A stretch of 64,000 bases of DNA, taken from IMG/VR virus record IMGVR_UViG_3300037109_000068, positions 1 to 64,000 of that record; one strand, given 5' to 3'. Positions 45,913-54,265 of the stretch are shown here, piece after piece. Under the pieces are notes generated by a model, which was not told the origin of the DNA, ran no database searches, and saw only the letters and a list, made by a program, of their open reading frames with translations. The position numbers and the translations under genes are program-made. Position 1 is the stretch's first letter, and each line of letters begins with the position of its first letter. The DNA comes from a virus.

Positions 45913-46680
45913 ATGAATAAAATTAAAGAAATAACAATTTGTTTGCATTGTGGTTGTTCTCGTGAGGTTGTTAACGCTCAAATGGAAGCTTTAAAATCAT
46001 TAGAAGATCATTATATAATTCATTGGAATAATAGAATTGATAGACATCCTGGTTCATATAATTCATATTCAGAATTAGTAAATGATGCAATTATTACTTC
46101 ACCCACAGAATGGATGATTTTTATTAATGATCGTACTAAACCAATTGCACAAGAAGTTGAACATATTCTTCAATTATTAGAAAATGGATTTGCCGTAGCT
46201 ACTAAATATAGTGTAGGTTTTATAGGATATTCAAAGCAATTAATTAGAACAATAGGTTGGTGGGATGAGCGTTATTATGGTGGAGGCTATGAAGATGATG
46301 ATTTTGTACTAAGATTACGGTTAGCTAATTTAGCATATTATGAGTCAGAAGAATCAACATACGACAAAAGTTGGATCAGTCCATTACGGCCTGTAGGTGG
46401 AGGTGGTTGTCGAGAATCTCAGCCTGAATTTAGAAAGAAATGGGCTGTAATGAAGAATGAAATTAGACGAGTTATTCCAGAATTAAATTATGAAAAGTAT
46501 GCAGGAAAATTAGGTAAAGATCAACTTGATATACAACAATCTTGGAATAATTGGTCGTATTCACAATTAGGAATTATGTTCCATGATAGAATGATTAATA
46601 ATAGTGGAGGAGAATCACGAACAAAGTGGTTTTTAAAAGATGATTATAAAACTGAATTTCGCAAAGTAACATCAGTATGA
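45913..46680 (+). CDS. GT2/GT7-like glycosyltransferase
   Basis: WDERYYGGGYEDDDFVLRL resembles the GWGGEDDD motif of galactosyltransferase-type C-terminal domains. Confidence 0.5.
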   Translation: MNKIKEITICLHCGCSREVVNAQMEALKSLEDHYIIHWNNRIDRHPGSYNSYSELVNDAIITSPTEWMIFINDRTKPIAQEVEHILQLLENGFAVATKYSVGFIGYSKQLIRTIGWWDERYYGGGYEDDDFVLRLRLANLAYYESEESTYDKSWISPLRPVGGGGCRESQPEFRKKWAVMKNEIRRVIPELNYEKYAGKLGKDQLDIQQSWNNWSYSQLGIMFHDRMINNSGGESRTKWFLKDDYKTEFRKVTSV

Positions 46681-47339
46681 GTACACAAAGGACAATAGTA
46701 TTAGTATTACGTAGTGGAGGTGACTTTTCATTTCGAGATGTTGAACTGATTGCTCGACATATCAATGGAAATTGGAAATCAAAAGTTAAACCACGAATAA
46801 TTTGCTTATGGGATAATGCTACACACCATTATAATTTAGGAAATATTGAATTTATTCCACTTACAAACAATTGGCCTAAAACTTGGTCACGGATTGAATT
46901 ATATAGCCCTGAGATGGAACAATATCGACCATTTCTATATGTTGATTTAGATACTGCAGTGGTTAATTCAATTGAAAATATTTTTGATTTAGTAAAAGAT
47001 GAATCTCAATATATAACACTTGAAGATTTTAGTCAGAAAAAACAATTAGCAACAGGGCTTGTGTGGTTTCCTGCTAATTCTAAAAAAATTGAAAATGTGT
47101 GGAAGGCACGTGACAAAGCGAGGGTTGGATCATTTAGAATGGATTATTTCCTACGTGAAGTGATCACCCCCGATGCCTTCTGGCAACAATTAACAGATAA
47201 GATACATGATTTTAAACCTGTAGCATCACCTCTATTGAACGATATACCTTCAGAAGGTGTTCTGATATGTTTTCATGGAAAACCTCGAATCTTTGATGCT
47301 GCTAAACATATTAACTGGGTAAATGAATATGTAAAATGA
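46677..47339 (+). CDS. GT8-like nucleotide-sugar transferase
   Basis: FLYVDLDTAVVNSIENIFDL (DxD context). Confidence 0.4.
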   Translation: MSTQRTIVLVLRSGGDFSFRDVELIARHINGNWKSKVKPRIICLWDNATHHYNLGNIEFIPLTNNWPKTWSRIELYSPEMEQYRPFLYVDLDTAVVNSIENIFDLVKDESQYITLEDFSQKKQLATGLVWFPANSKKIENVWKARDKARVGSFRMDYFLREVITPDAFWQQLTDKIHDFKPVASPLLNDIPSEGVLICFHGKPRIFDAAKHINWVNEYVK

Positions 47340-47938
47340 AAAAAATAACAATCATAATCCCATACAAAGAAGACCGTGGATGGCTTAAAGATGCTATTAA
47401 TAGTGTTCCTAAGGATGTTCAATTGATACTTTCCAAAGGAGATGGAAATTGGCCTCAGAATTTTAATAAAGTATTAAAAGAAGCAACAGGTGACTATATC
47501 AAATACTTGCATGAGGATGATATGCTAACACCTAATTGCATAGTTGATTCAATTCGTTGTATGAAAAACTATGAAGCAGATTTCATTCATGGAAATGCAA
47601 TAGAATTATCTAATGATTCTCCTGTTAGAGTTTATCGCCCAACTCTTAAATTACCTACATTAGAAATGCTTTTAAAGCATAATTCTATCCATAGTGCGAC
47701 TACAATGTACAGAAGAGAAGTATTTGAAAAAATAGGAGGGTTTAATGAAGATAATAAATATTATTCTTTTGAAGAATTTGAATTTAATCTACGGGTTTTG
47801 AAAGCAGGATTTAAAATCATGTATTGTGATTCTGAATTAGCTTTTTATCGTAGGCATCCAAAACAGACAATACGTACTGTTAACCAAATTCAAAGAAAAC
47901 AATATAGACAAGAATTAATAAATTCATATAATGATTGA
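47336..47938 (+). CDS. GT2-family glycosyltransferase
   Basis: ITIIIPYKEDRGWL, YLHEDDML. Confidence 0.75.
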   Translation: MKKITIIIPYKEDRGWLKDAINSVPKDVQLILSKGDGNWPQNFNKVLKEATGDYIKYLHEDDMLTPNCIVDSIRCMKNYEADFIHGNAIELSNDSPVRVYRPTLKLPTLEMLLKHNSIHSATTMYRREVFEKIGGFNEDNKYYSFEEFEFNLRVLKAGFKIMYCDSELAFYRRHPKQTIRTVNQIQRKQYRQELINSYND

Positions 47939-48653
47939 ACAGTCACCTATATTAATAACAGGTTGCCCTCGTAGTGGGACAAGTATAATTGCTTCGATAA
48001 TTAATTTATGTGGAGCTTTTGGTGGAGAAATGTCTAAGCGTGGAATGTATTCAAATGATATTATACATGAGAAAATAGTTAAGCCTTTTATTAGTAAATT
48101 ATCAATTGATCCAAAAGGACAGTATCCATTATCATATAATGAAAGTTTACAGATTCCAGTAAATTGGAAAAATTCAATTGAAAAAGCAATTATTGATCAA
48201 AAATATAAGTATGGTCAGTGGATGTATAAAGATGCATTATCAAGTATAATTTGGCCAGTTTGGAATTATGCTTTTCCAAATGCAAAATGGATAATTGTTC
48301 GCAGACGCACTGGTGATATTATTCAATCTTGTTTAAAAACAAACTATATGTGTGCTTTCGATAATAAAGAAAATCAAAAAGCTATTGGAGTATATACTGA
48401 AAAAGATGGTTGGTTATGGTGGGTACATGAGTATGAAAAAAGATTTGTTGAAATGATTGAGTCTGGTGTAAATTGTAAACAGATTTGGCCAGAAAGAATG
48501 GCTACTGGAGATTATTCACAGATATATGAGATGCTTGATTGGCTTGGTTTAAAATGGGATAAACACATTCCAGAAATAACTACGCCTTTGTTTGATCATT
48601 CTTTACAAAGATATAGAAGAGAACCAAATAATAAGGGAACATTTACTTTATAA
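47931..48653 (+). CDS. sulfotransferase-like P-loop protein
   Basis: ILITGCPRSGTS (5'-PSB-like) and WIIVRRRTGDIIQS (3'-PB-like). Confidence 0.6.
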   Translation: MIEQSPILITGCPRSGTSIIASIINLCGAFGGEMSKRGMYSNDIIHEKIVKPFISKLSIDPKGQYPLSYNESLQIPVNWKNSIEKAIIDQKYKYGQWMYKDALSSIIWPVWNYAFPNAKWIIVRRRTGDIIQSCLKTNYMCAFDNKENQKAIGVYTEKDGWLWWVHEYEKRFVEMIESGVNCKQIWPERMATGDYSQIYEMLDWLGLKWDKHIPEITTPLFDHSLQRYRREPNNKGTFTL

Positions 48654-48670
48654 TTAAGGAGGAAATAAAA

Positions 48671-49069
48671 ATGGCAGCACTCGTAACCACAACTGAAGTA
48701 CGAGAAATCATGGATAACGAAGATATTCCTGATTCACTTGTAAATGCTTGTATCACAGCAGCAGCAGCACAATTAGATATTGTATTTGCAAATAACTTAG
48801 AAATAAGTGCTGATTTATTAAAAGAAATTGAGCGCTGGTTATCTGCACATTTTGTTGCTTCTACACCTAACTATCGAACAGCAAGTAAGGAGAAAATAGG
48901 TGATGCTGAAGTCACTTATACTGGAAAATATGGTGAAAATTTATCGTCTACTCCTTATGGACAAATGGCTCTTCAATTGGACATTACAGGAAATTTACTA
49001 AAGTATGGTAAATTTAATGCTACACTTCGAGCAGTAAAAAGTTTTGATTCAAACGATAAAAGGTATTAA
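48671..49069 (+). CDS. head-tail connector (gp6-like/DUF4054-like)
   Basis: 132 aa, AAGGAGG SD. First gene of the neck module. Confidence 0.5.
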   Translation: MAALVTTTEVREIMDNEDIPDSLVNACITAAAAQLDIVFANNLEISADLLKEIERWLSAHFVASTPNYRTASKEKIGDAEVTYTGKYGENLSSTPYGQMALQLDITGNLLKYGKFNATLRAVKSFDSNDKRY

Positions 49070-49070
49070 A

Positions 49071-49469
49071 ATGGGAATAAATTCATTTTTAACAAGAGCA
49101 TATAAGCAAACAGCTGTCTATTGGGGAAATCCTGTAAATGATGGAGCTGGAGATTTTACTTTTGATGAACCCATAGAAATAAAGTGTAGATGGGAAGATG
49201 GGACGAGTATATTTTTATCTGCAACAGGAAAAGAGTTGGATTCAAAGGCAGTTGTATATCCTTTGCAAGACTTAGATGAAAATGGTTTTATATTTCTAGG
49301 TACCATAGATGATTTACTTGAATCATATGAAGACAGTCTTGGGGCTATTGATGATCCAAAATCTATTGAAGGTGCTTTAGCAATACTTCGATTTGATAGA
49401 TCACCTATTTTAGGATCAACTACAGAGTTTATGCGTAAAGCATATTTAACTAGTAAAAATATGTGGTAA
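49071..49469 (+). CDS. head-tail adaptor/head closure protein
   Basis: Size and position. The start is taken at MGINSF, just after the upstream stop. Confidence 0.4.
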   Translation: MGINSFLTRAYKQTAVYWGNPVNDGAGDFTFDEPIEIKCRWEDGTSIFLSATGKELDSKAVVYPLQDLDENGFIFLGTIDDLLESYEDSLGAIDDPKSIEGALAILRFDRSPILGSTTEFMRKAYLTSKNMW

Positions 49470-49880
49470 ATGAGATCGGTAAACCCAAATACAGGAATAA
49501 AAGGCTTTGATATTGTACTTGCAAATTTAAATAAAGAAATTCGTGCAATTGAAGGTAGATCAGTGCAAGGACTTTTAAAAGGAGCAGCAAAGATACGATA
49601 TGAAATGGATCATACTCCACCTTTGATTCCAATAAAGTCAGGTGTTATGAGATCATCATGGTATGCTTATCCAATTGTTAGTACAGGAGTTATTGGAGGT
49701 GGACCACTTGTTAGATGTGGATTTTCGGCTAATTATGCATTATGGCCTCATGAAATGCTTAATCCAGATATTAATTGGACACGCCCAAATTCTGGACCTA
49801 AATTCTTTGAATATGCTGTAAAGAGAAATACAGGTGAAATTTTAAAAATAATACGAGATAACGTAAATATAAAGATATGA
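49470..49880 (+). CDS. HK97 gp10-like tail-completion protein
   Basis: Position and an N-terminal pattern typical of the gp10 family. ATG abuts the upstream stop. Confidence 0.45.
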   Translation: MRSVNPNTGIKGFDIVLANLNKEIRAIEGRSVQGLLKGAAKIRYEMDHTPPLIPIKSGVMRSSWYAYPIVSTGVIGGGPLVRCGFSANYALWPHEMLNPDINWTRPNSGPKFFEYAVKRNTGEILKIIRDNVNIKI

Positions 49881-50269
49881 ATGCATCAAGTGTTGATATT
49901 GTTAGTATGTTAGAAGCAGAGAGTACATTAGTGTATGCTACTAACTTATTTATAGGAAAAGAACCGGCAAAGCCAAATAATAGCGTAACTATATTTGATA
50001 CTGCTGGATTTCCTATGCAATTAAATTTAATGGATCAAGGATATGAATACCCATCTATCCAGATACGTGTTAGAAATGATCATTATTTAGTTGGATGGGC
50101 AATTATTGAAAACATAAAGAACCTATTACATGGCCGGGCACAACAGACATGGAATGGAACTTTATATTCTGTTATTTACTGCGCTAGTGGCCCTGCGCTA
50201 TTAGATTGGGATGATAACGGAAATGTACGTTTTATTATAAATTTTAATTTGCAACGCCGAGTTGCATAA
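49877..50269 (+). CDS. tail terminator-like protein
   Basis: 130 aa directly upstream of the tail tube gene. Confidence 0.4.
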   Translation: MNASSVDIVSMLEAESTLVYATNLFIGKEPAKPNNSVTIFDTAGFPMQLNLMDQGYEYPSIQIRVRNDHYLVGWAIIENIKNLLHGRAQQTWNGTLYSVIYCASGPALLDWDDNGNVRFIINFNLQRRVA

Positions 50270-50286
50270 AAAAGGAGGTAAAAACA

Positions 50287-50718
50287 ATGAGTAGTAAAGC
50301 TTTTACTGGAGTAGGTACAGAATTTAACCGTTGGAATAAAGCTACTGGAAAGTGGGTACATATTGCTGAGGTTAATTCAATAACCGGTCCAGGAATGAAA
50401 AGAACAACTATTGATGTGACTTCGTTAGATTCGGTAGGAGGTTACCGTGAATTTATTGCAGGTTTTCGAGATGCAGGAACTGTATCTTTGAAAATGAATT
50501 TTACACGAGATACCTATAATGTTATGATTGGAGATTTTGAAAGCAATGTACTTCAAAATTATAACATTATTTTGCCTGATACAGAAGTTACTTCATTTGA
50601 GTTTGAAGGGCTTGTAACAGAATTACCATTAAGTATTCCGGCTGATGATAAAGTTACTGTTGATGTAACTATACAAATCAGTGGGCCGGTCGTATTCGAT
50701 AGTGGTTCAGGTTCGTAA
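50287..50718 (+). CDS. major tail (tube) protein
   Basis: 143 aa, AAGGAGG SD, followed by the chaperone pair and tape measure. Confidence 0.7.
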   Translation: MSSKAFTGVGTEFNRWNKATGKWVHIAEVNSITGPGMKRTTIDVTSLDSVGGYREFIAGFRDAGTVSLKMNFTRDTYNVMIGDFESNVLQNYNIILPDTEVTSFEFEGLVTELPLSIPADDKVTVDVTIQISGPVVFDSGSGS

Positions 50719-50770
50719 TGTAAATGGAATTCTAATCAAGAATTTATTTTTAATTTTAAAAAAACTAATC

Positions 50771-51193
50771 ATGATTTTAGACAGAAAAAAATTATTGCAA
50801 AAAGAAGTTCTCCCAATTGAGAAAGTTGATCTTGGGAATGGTGATTTTATTTATGTTAAAGCTATGACAGGCCATGACCGTGACTTGTTTGAACAATCTC
50901 TTTTAAAAGAGAAAGTTGATGAAAAAGGTAATTTGGAACGATATGACAGAGACAATGCCGATTTTCGTGCTAAGTTAGTAGTTATTACCGCTTGTGATGA
51001 AAATGGAAAACTGATCTTTGAACCACGTGACTATACAGAACTTAGTCGGAATATGGGAATTGTAACATTGGAAAAAATTGTTGCTGTGTCTTTAAAATTG
51101 AATAGAATAACAGAACAAGACCAGAATGATTTAGTAAAAAACTCAAAAGCCGTCCCTGGCGGCAATTCCAATTCAGACTCTGCCGTGAACTAG
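50771..51193 (+). CDS. tail assembly chaperone (gpG-like)
   Basis: Lies between the tube and tape measure genes. Contains the slippery heptamer near its 3' end. Confidence 0.7.
   Translation: MILDRKKLLQKEVLPIEKVDLGNGDFIYVKAMTGHDRDLFEQSLLKEKVDEKGNLERYDRDNADFRAKLVVITACDENGKLIFEPRDYTELSRNMGIVTLEKIVAVSLKLNRITEQDQNDLVKNSKAVPGGNSNSDSAVN
51136..51142 (+). promoter_or_regulatory. -1 programmed ribosomal frameshift slippery site A_AAA_AAC
   Basis: The zero-frame codons are GTA AAA AAC. The -1 frame is open from 51130 through 51561. Confidence 0.65.
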
Positions 51194-51561
51194 GAATAAT
51201 TCATCCAGATTACCTGTTGGATCAACTTACATTGGAACAGCTTAATGAGTGGAAAGCATATGATGTAATAGATCCAATAGGTACTTGGAGGGATGATTTT
51301 AGAATGGCAAAGTTAGCGGCACTAATAGAAAACATAGCTTACAATGTTTATTTTCGTGCTCCAGGGGAAAAAGCAAAAATGATCACACCAGAAGATGAGA
51401 TGCCAAACTGGGCAGGTGATATAAAAAAGAAAAAAGATGAATCAAATCAGACAGTTGAACAAATGAAACAAGCTTTAATGCAAATTTCCAGAATGCATAA
51501 TAAAAATATTGTAAAAGATAAGATTCGTAGATCTATTCCACCTAAAAAGAAGGACAAATGA
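51142..51561 (+). CDS. -1 frame extension of the tail assembly chaperone (gpT-like part of a G-T fusion)
   Basis: No good independent start (the track uses TTG at 51217). The frame is -1 relative to 50771-51193 and overlaps it by 64 nt. Confidence 0.6.
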   Translation, partial: LKSRPWRQFQFRLCRELGIIHPDYLLDQLTLEQLNEWKAYDVIDPIGTWRDDFRMAKLAALIENIAYNVYFRAPGEKAKMITPEDEMPNWAGDIKKKKDESNQTVEQMKQALMQISRMHNKNIVKDKIRRSIPPKKKDK

Positions 51562-54263
51562 ATATAGGCACATTAGAGGCAACACTTGGAGTTGATACGG
51601 CAGGATTAGCACAAGCACAAGTGGCAATGCAGCAGTTTCAGCAAAAAGCTGAAATGAGTATGAATAAAGTTGAGGAGACATTTGATAAAGCAGGTAGAAA
51701 TATTTATTATTTTGGAACGGCTTCAATGCGATTCTTAACATTGCCATTAGCTCTTGCTGGAGTAGCTGCATTTAAAATGGCTTCTGACTTTGAATCATCA
51801 ATGCAAAAAATTGTTGGATTAGTGAGTGTATCTCAAACACAAGTTAATGCCTGGAGTAAAGAATTACTTGCCATGGGGCCTGCATTAGGAAAATCTCCCA
51901 AAGAGTTAGCAGATGCATTATATTATATTACGTCTTCAGGCATTAAAGGAGCGGATGCAATGAATGTATTAACAAATTCTGCAAAAGCATCTGTTGCTGG
52001 ATTGGGTGAAACAAAAGACGTAGCAAATGCTGTTACATCTGCAATGAATGCTTATTCTAAATCAAATCTAACATCCGGGCATACATTAGATATCTTAACA
52101 GCAGCGGTAAGAGAAGGGAAAGCAGAAGGTGCAGATTTTGCAAGACAAATTGGAGATGTGGTGCCTATTGCATCGCAAATGGGAGTTTCATTTGATCAAG
52201 TTGCAGCAGGAATGGCAGCAATGACATTGACAGGTATATCTACAGCTGAATCTGCTACATATTTAAAAAATATGTTGTTTGCAATTGAAAAAAATACTCC
52301 ACAAACTAGAAAAGCATTGCAAAGTATGGGAACATCAATACAGGAACTTCGCAATTCAATTGCAAATAAAGGATTACTTCCTACACTAGAAAATTTACGT
52401 GTATTAACAAATAAGTATGGAGAAGATATGATGAGTAAAGTATTTCCAAATATTCGCGCGTTTATGGGAGTACTTTCATTAATGGGTGATCGCTTGGATG
52501 CAAATAAAGTATTATTTCAAAAGGTTGCAAATTCAACAGGTGATATGAATGCAGCATATTTGACAGCAGCAAATACACTTAAAGTTTTATTTGGGCGTGC
52601 TTTAGCACAAGTAATGAGTTCTGCAATTGAATTAGGACTAGCATTAAAAGGACCTATAAAAGGGTTTTTGCAAGGATTTGCAAATACTATAAAAGATGTT
52701 TCTAACTGGATCTTAAGTTTAAGTAAGACACAACAGAAATGGGTTCTTGGAATTGCTATTGCTGTGATAGCAATAGGTCCTTTGGCAATTGGTATTGGTT
52801 TATTAATGCGAACATTCGCAGGGATAGCAATTGTGATTAAAGCTGTTATTCCAATAATTCAAGCATTTAATTTAGCAATATTGGCAAATCCAGTTGGAGC
52901 ATTAGCAATAGTATTAAGTGTTGCTATAGCTTCAATGATTGCTTTTAGTGGAGCTACCACAAAAGCCACAAATAGTCAAAAAGTATTAAATGATGAAATT
53001 GAACGTGGAAAAGAACTTGCAAAATCAAAAGTATCTATTGATGAACAAATGAAAGTTATAGGTTCATTAAGTCAATTGCAACTTCAAACTTTAAAAGAAA
53101 CCATTGAAGCACAACTTAAACTTGAAGACACATATAATGCTACATTATTAGGGAAACTTGGTGAGAATTCTTTTAAAGTAATGTCATATAAAAAAGGGTC
53201 AGAAGCTGCACAATATGATATAGAAAAACAAGCAAATCTAAATCGTATTAAATTATTAAGTGAATTTTTAGCAACAATAGAGTCAAAGTTAAAAACGACT
53301 ACTAGAAGACAATCAATAACACCAATTGACCCAAAAGAAATGGAAAGAGTAAGTAAATTTATTCTTGCTCAATTGAAAATACAAGAAGATGTAATTCGAA
53401 AAGTAGGGCAAGATTATGATACTTTTGTTTCAAAAATTTCTAAAGGTGGAAAAACTCAATCATCAATGACAATTAAAACACCAAAAGTAGAATTTGATAC
53501 TAATGCAATAGATAATTATAGAAAACATTTTATGTTTATGGAAACGAATTTGTCAACTCCAATGGGAACTTTGCAAAAGAAATTAGCAGATATTGCTTTG
53601 CAAAATGGTTTATTGGGTGATTCTTTTGATCCTGTAGGTGTAAAGTTACAAACTGTAGGAGCTCAAATTGCATTTGTTAAGCAACGTATGCAAGAAATGT
53701 TGGATCAAGGAATACGTCCAGGGAATGATGCTACATTAAGCATGGGATTAACTTTAAGTAAATATATTGAAAAATTAAGAGAATTAGAAATAATACAAAG
53801 AAAAGCAAATTTACAAGCAAAGATAGGTTCTGAAGTCCAAAGCTTGTATGATGCTTCAATAAATGGGTCAATTAAAACAGTGGGAGATTTTGCAAATGCT
53901 CTACGTACTGCAATTATTAAAATAATTGCAATGTATGTGGCAGAGGCTGTTACCGTACAGGTGGCTAATGCAATGAAAAGTTCAAAAAATCCTTGGCTTG
54001 GTTTAATATTAGGTGCAGCAGCAGGAGCGGCTACTTATGCTTTATTTAATTCAATTATTCCTAAATTTGCAGAAGGTGGACAAGTTCCAGGAGGATATCC
54101 GAATGACACATATCCAGCTTTATTAACAAGTGGTGAAACTGTTATTCCTCCTCATAAGTTAAGTGAAGTAATGGATGAGCAAAAAAATTATACATTTGAA
54201 ATTAGAGGGGATGTATTAGTTGCTATTTTGAAAAAACAAGGTATTAAAAATAATTTAATATAA
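51558..54263 (+). CDS. tail tape measure protein
   Basis: 901 aa. TP901-type core (LGKSPKELADALYYITSSGIKGADAMNV), central TM-like block, coiled coils. Confidence 0.9.
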   Translation: MNIGTLEATLGVDTAGLAQAQVAMQQFQQKAEMSMNKVEETFDKAGRNIYYFGTASMRFLTLPLALAGVAAFKMASDFESSMQKIVGLVSVSQTQVNAWSKELLAMGPALGKSPKELADALYYITSSGIKGADAMNVLTNSAKASVAGLGETKDVANAVTSAMNAYSKSNLTSGHTLDILTAAVREGKAEGADFARQIGDVVPIASQMGVSFDQVAAGMAAMTLTGISTAESATYLKNMLFAIEKNTPQTRKALQSMGTSIQELRNSIANKGLLPTLENLRVLTNKYGEDMMSKVFPNIRAFMGVLSLMGDRLDANKVLFQKVANSTGDMNAAYLTAANTLKVLFGRALAQVMSSAIELGLALKGPIKGFLQGFANTIKDVSNWILSLSKTQQKWVLGIAIAVIAIGPLAIGIGLLMRTFAGIAIVIKAVIPIIQAFNLAILANPVGALAIVLSVAIASMIAFSGATTKATNSQKVLNDEIERGKELAKSKVSIDEQMKVIGSLSQLQLQTLKETIEAQLKLEDTYNATLLGKLGENSFKVMSYKKGSEAAQYDIEKQANLNRIKLLSEFLATIESKLKTTTRRQSITPIDPKEMERVSKFILAQLKIQEDVIRKVGQDYDTFVSKISKGGKTQSSMTIKTPKVEFDTNAIDNYRKHFMFMETNLSTPMGTLQKKLADIALQNGLLGDSFDPVGVKLQTVGAQIAFVKQRMQEMLDQGIRPGNDATLSMGLTLSKYIEKLRELEIIQRKANLQAKIGSEVQSLYDASINGSIKTVGDFANALRTAIIKIIAMYVAEAVTVQVANAMKSSKNPWLGLILGAAAGAATYALFNSIIPKFAEGGQVPGGYPNDTYPALLTSGETVIPPHKLSEVMDEQKNYTFEIRGDVLVAILKKQGIKNNLI

Positions 54264-54265
54264 TC

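Noticed and set aside
40561-48653. The glycan island as a DNA-glycosylation system or a lysogenic-conversion (O-antigen) cassette
   Set aside because: Not excluded, but judged less likely. The island sits in the middle of the virion structural operon rather than in the nucleotide-metabolism or lysogeny regions. It has about ten transferase-like enzymes. It lacks membrane-embedded Wzx/Wzy/GtrA-type components, and no integrase or repressor is present in the window.
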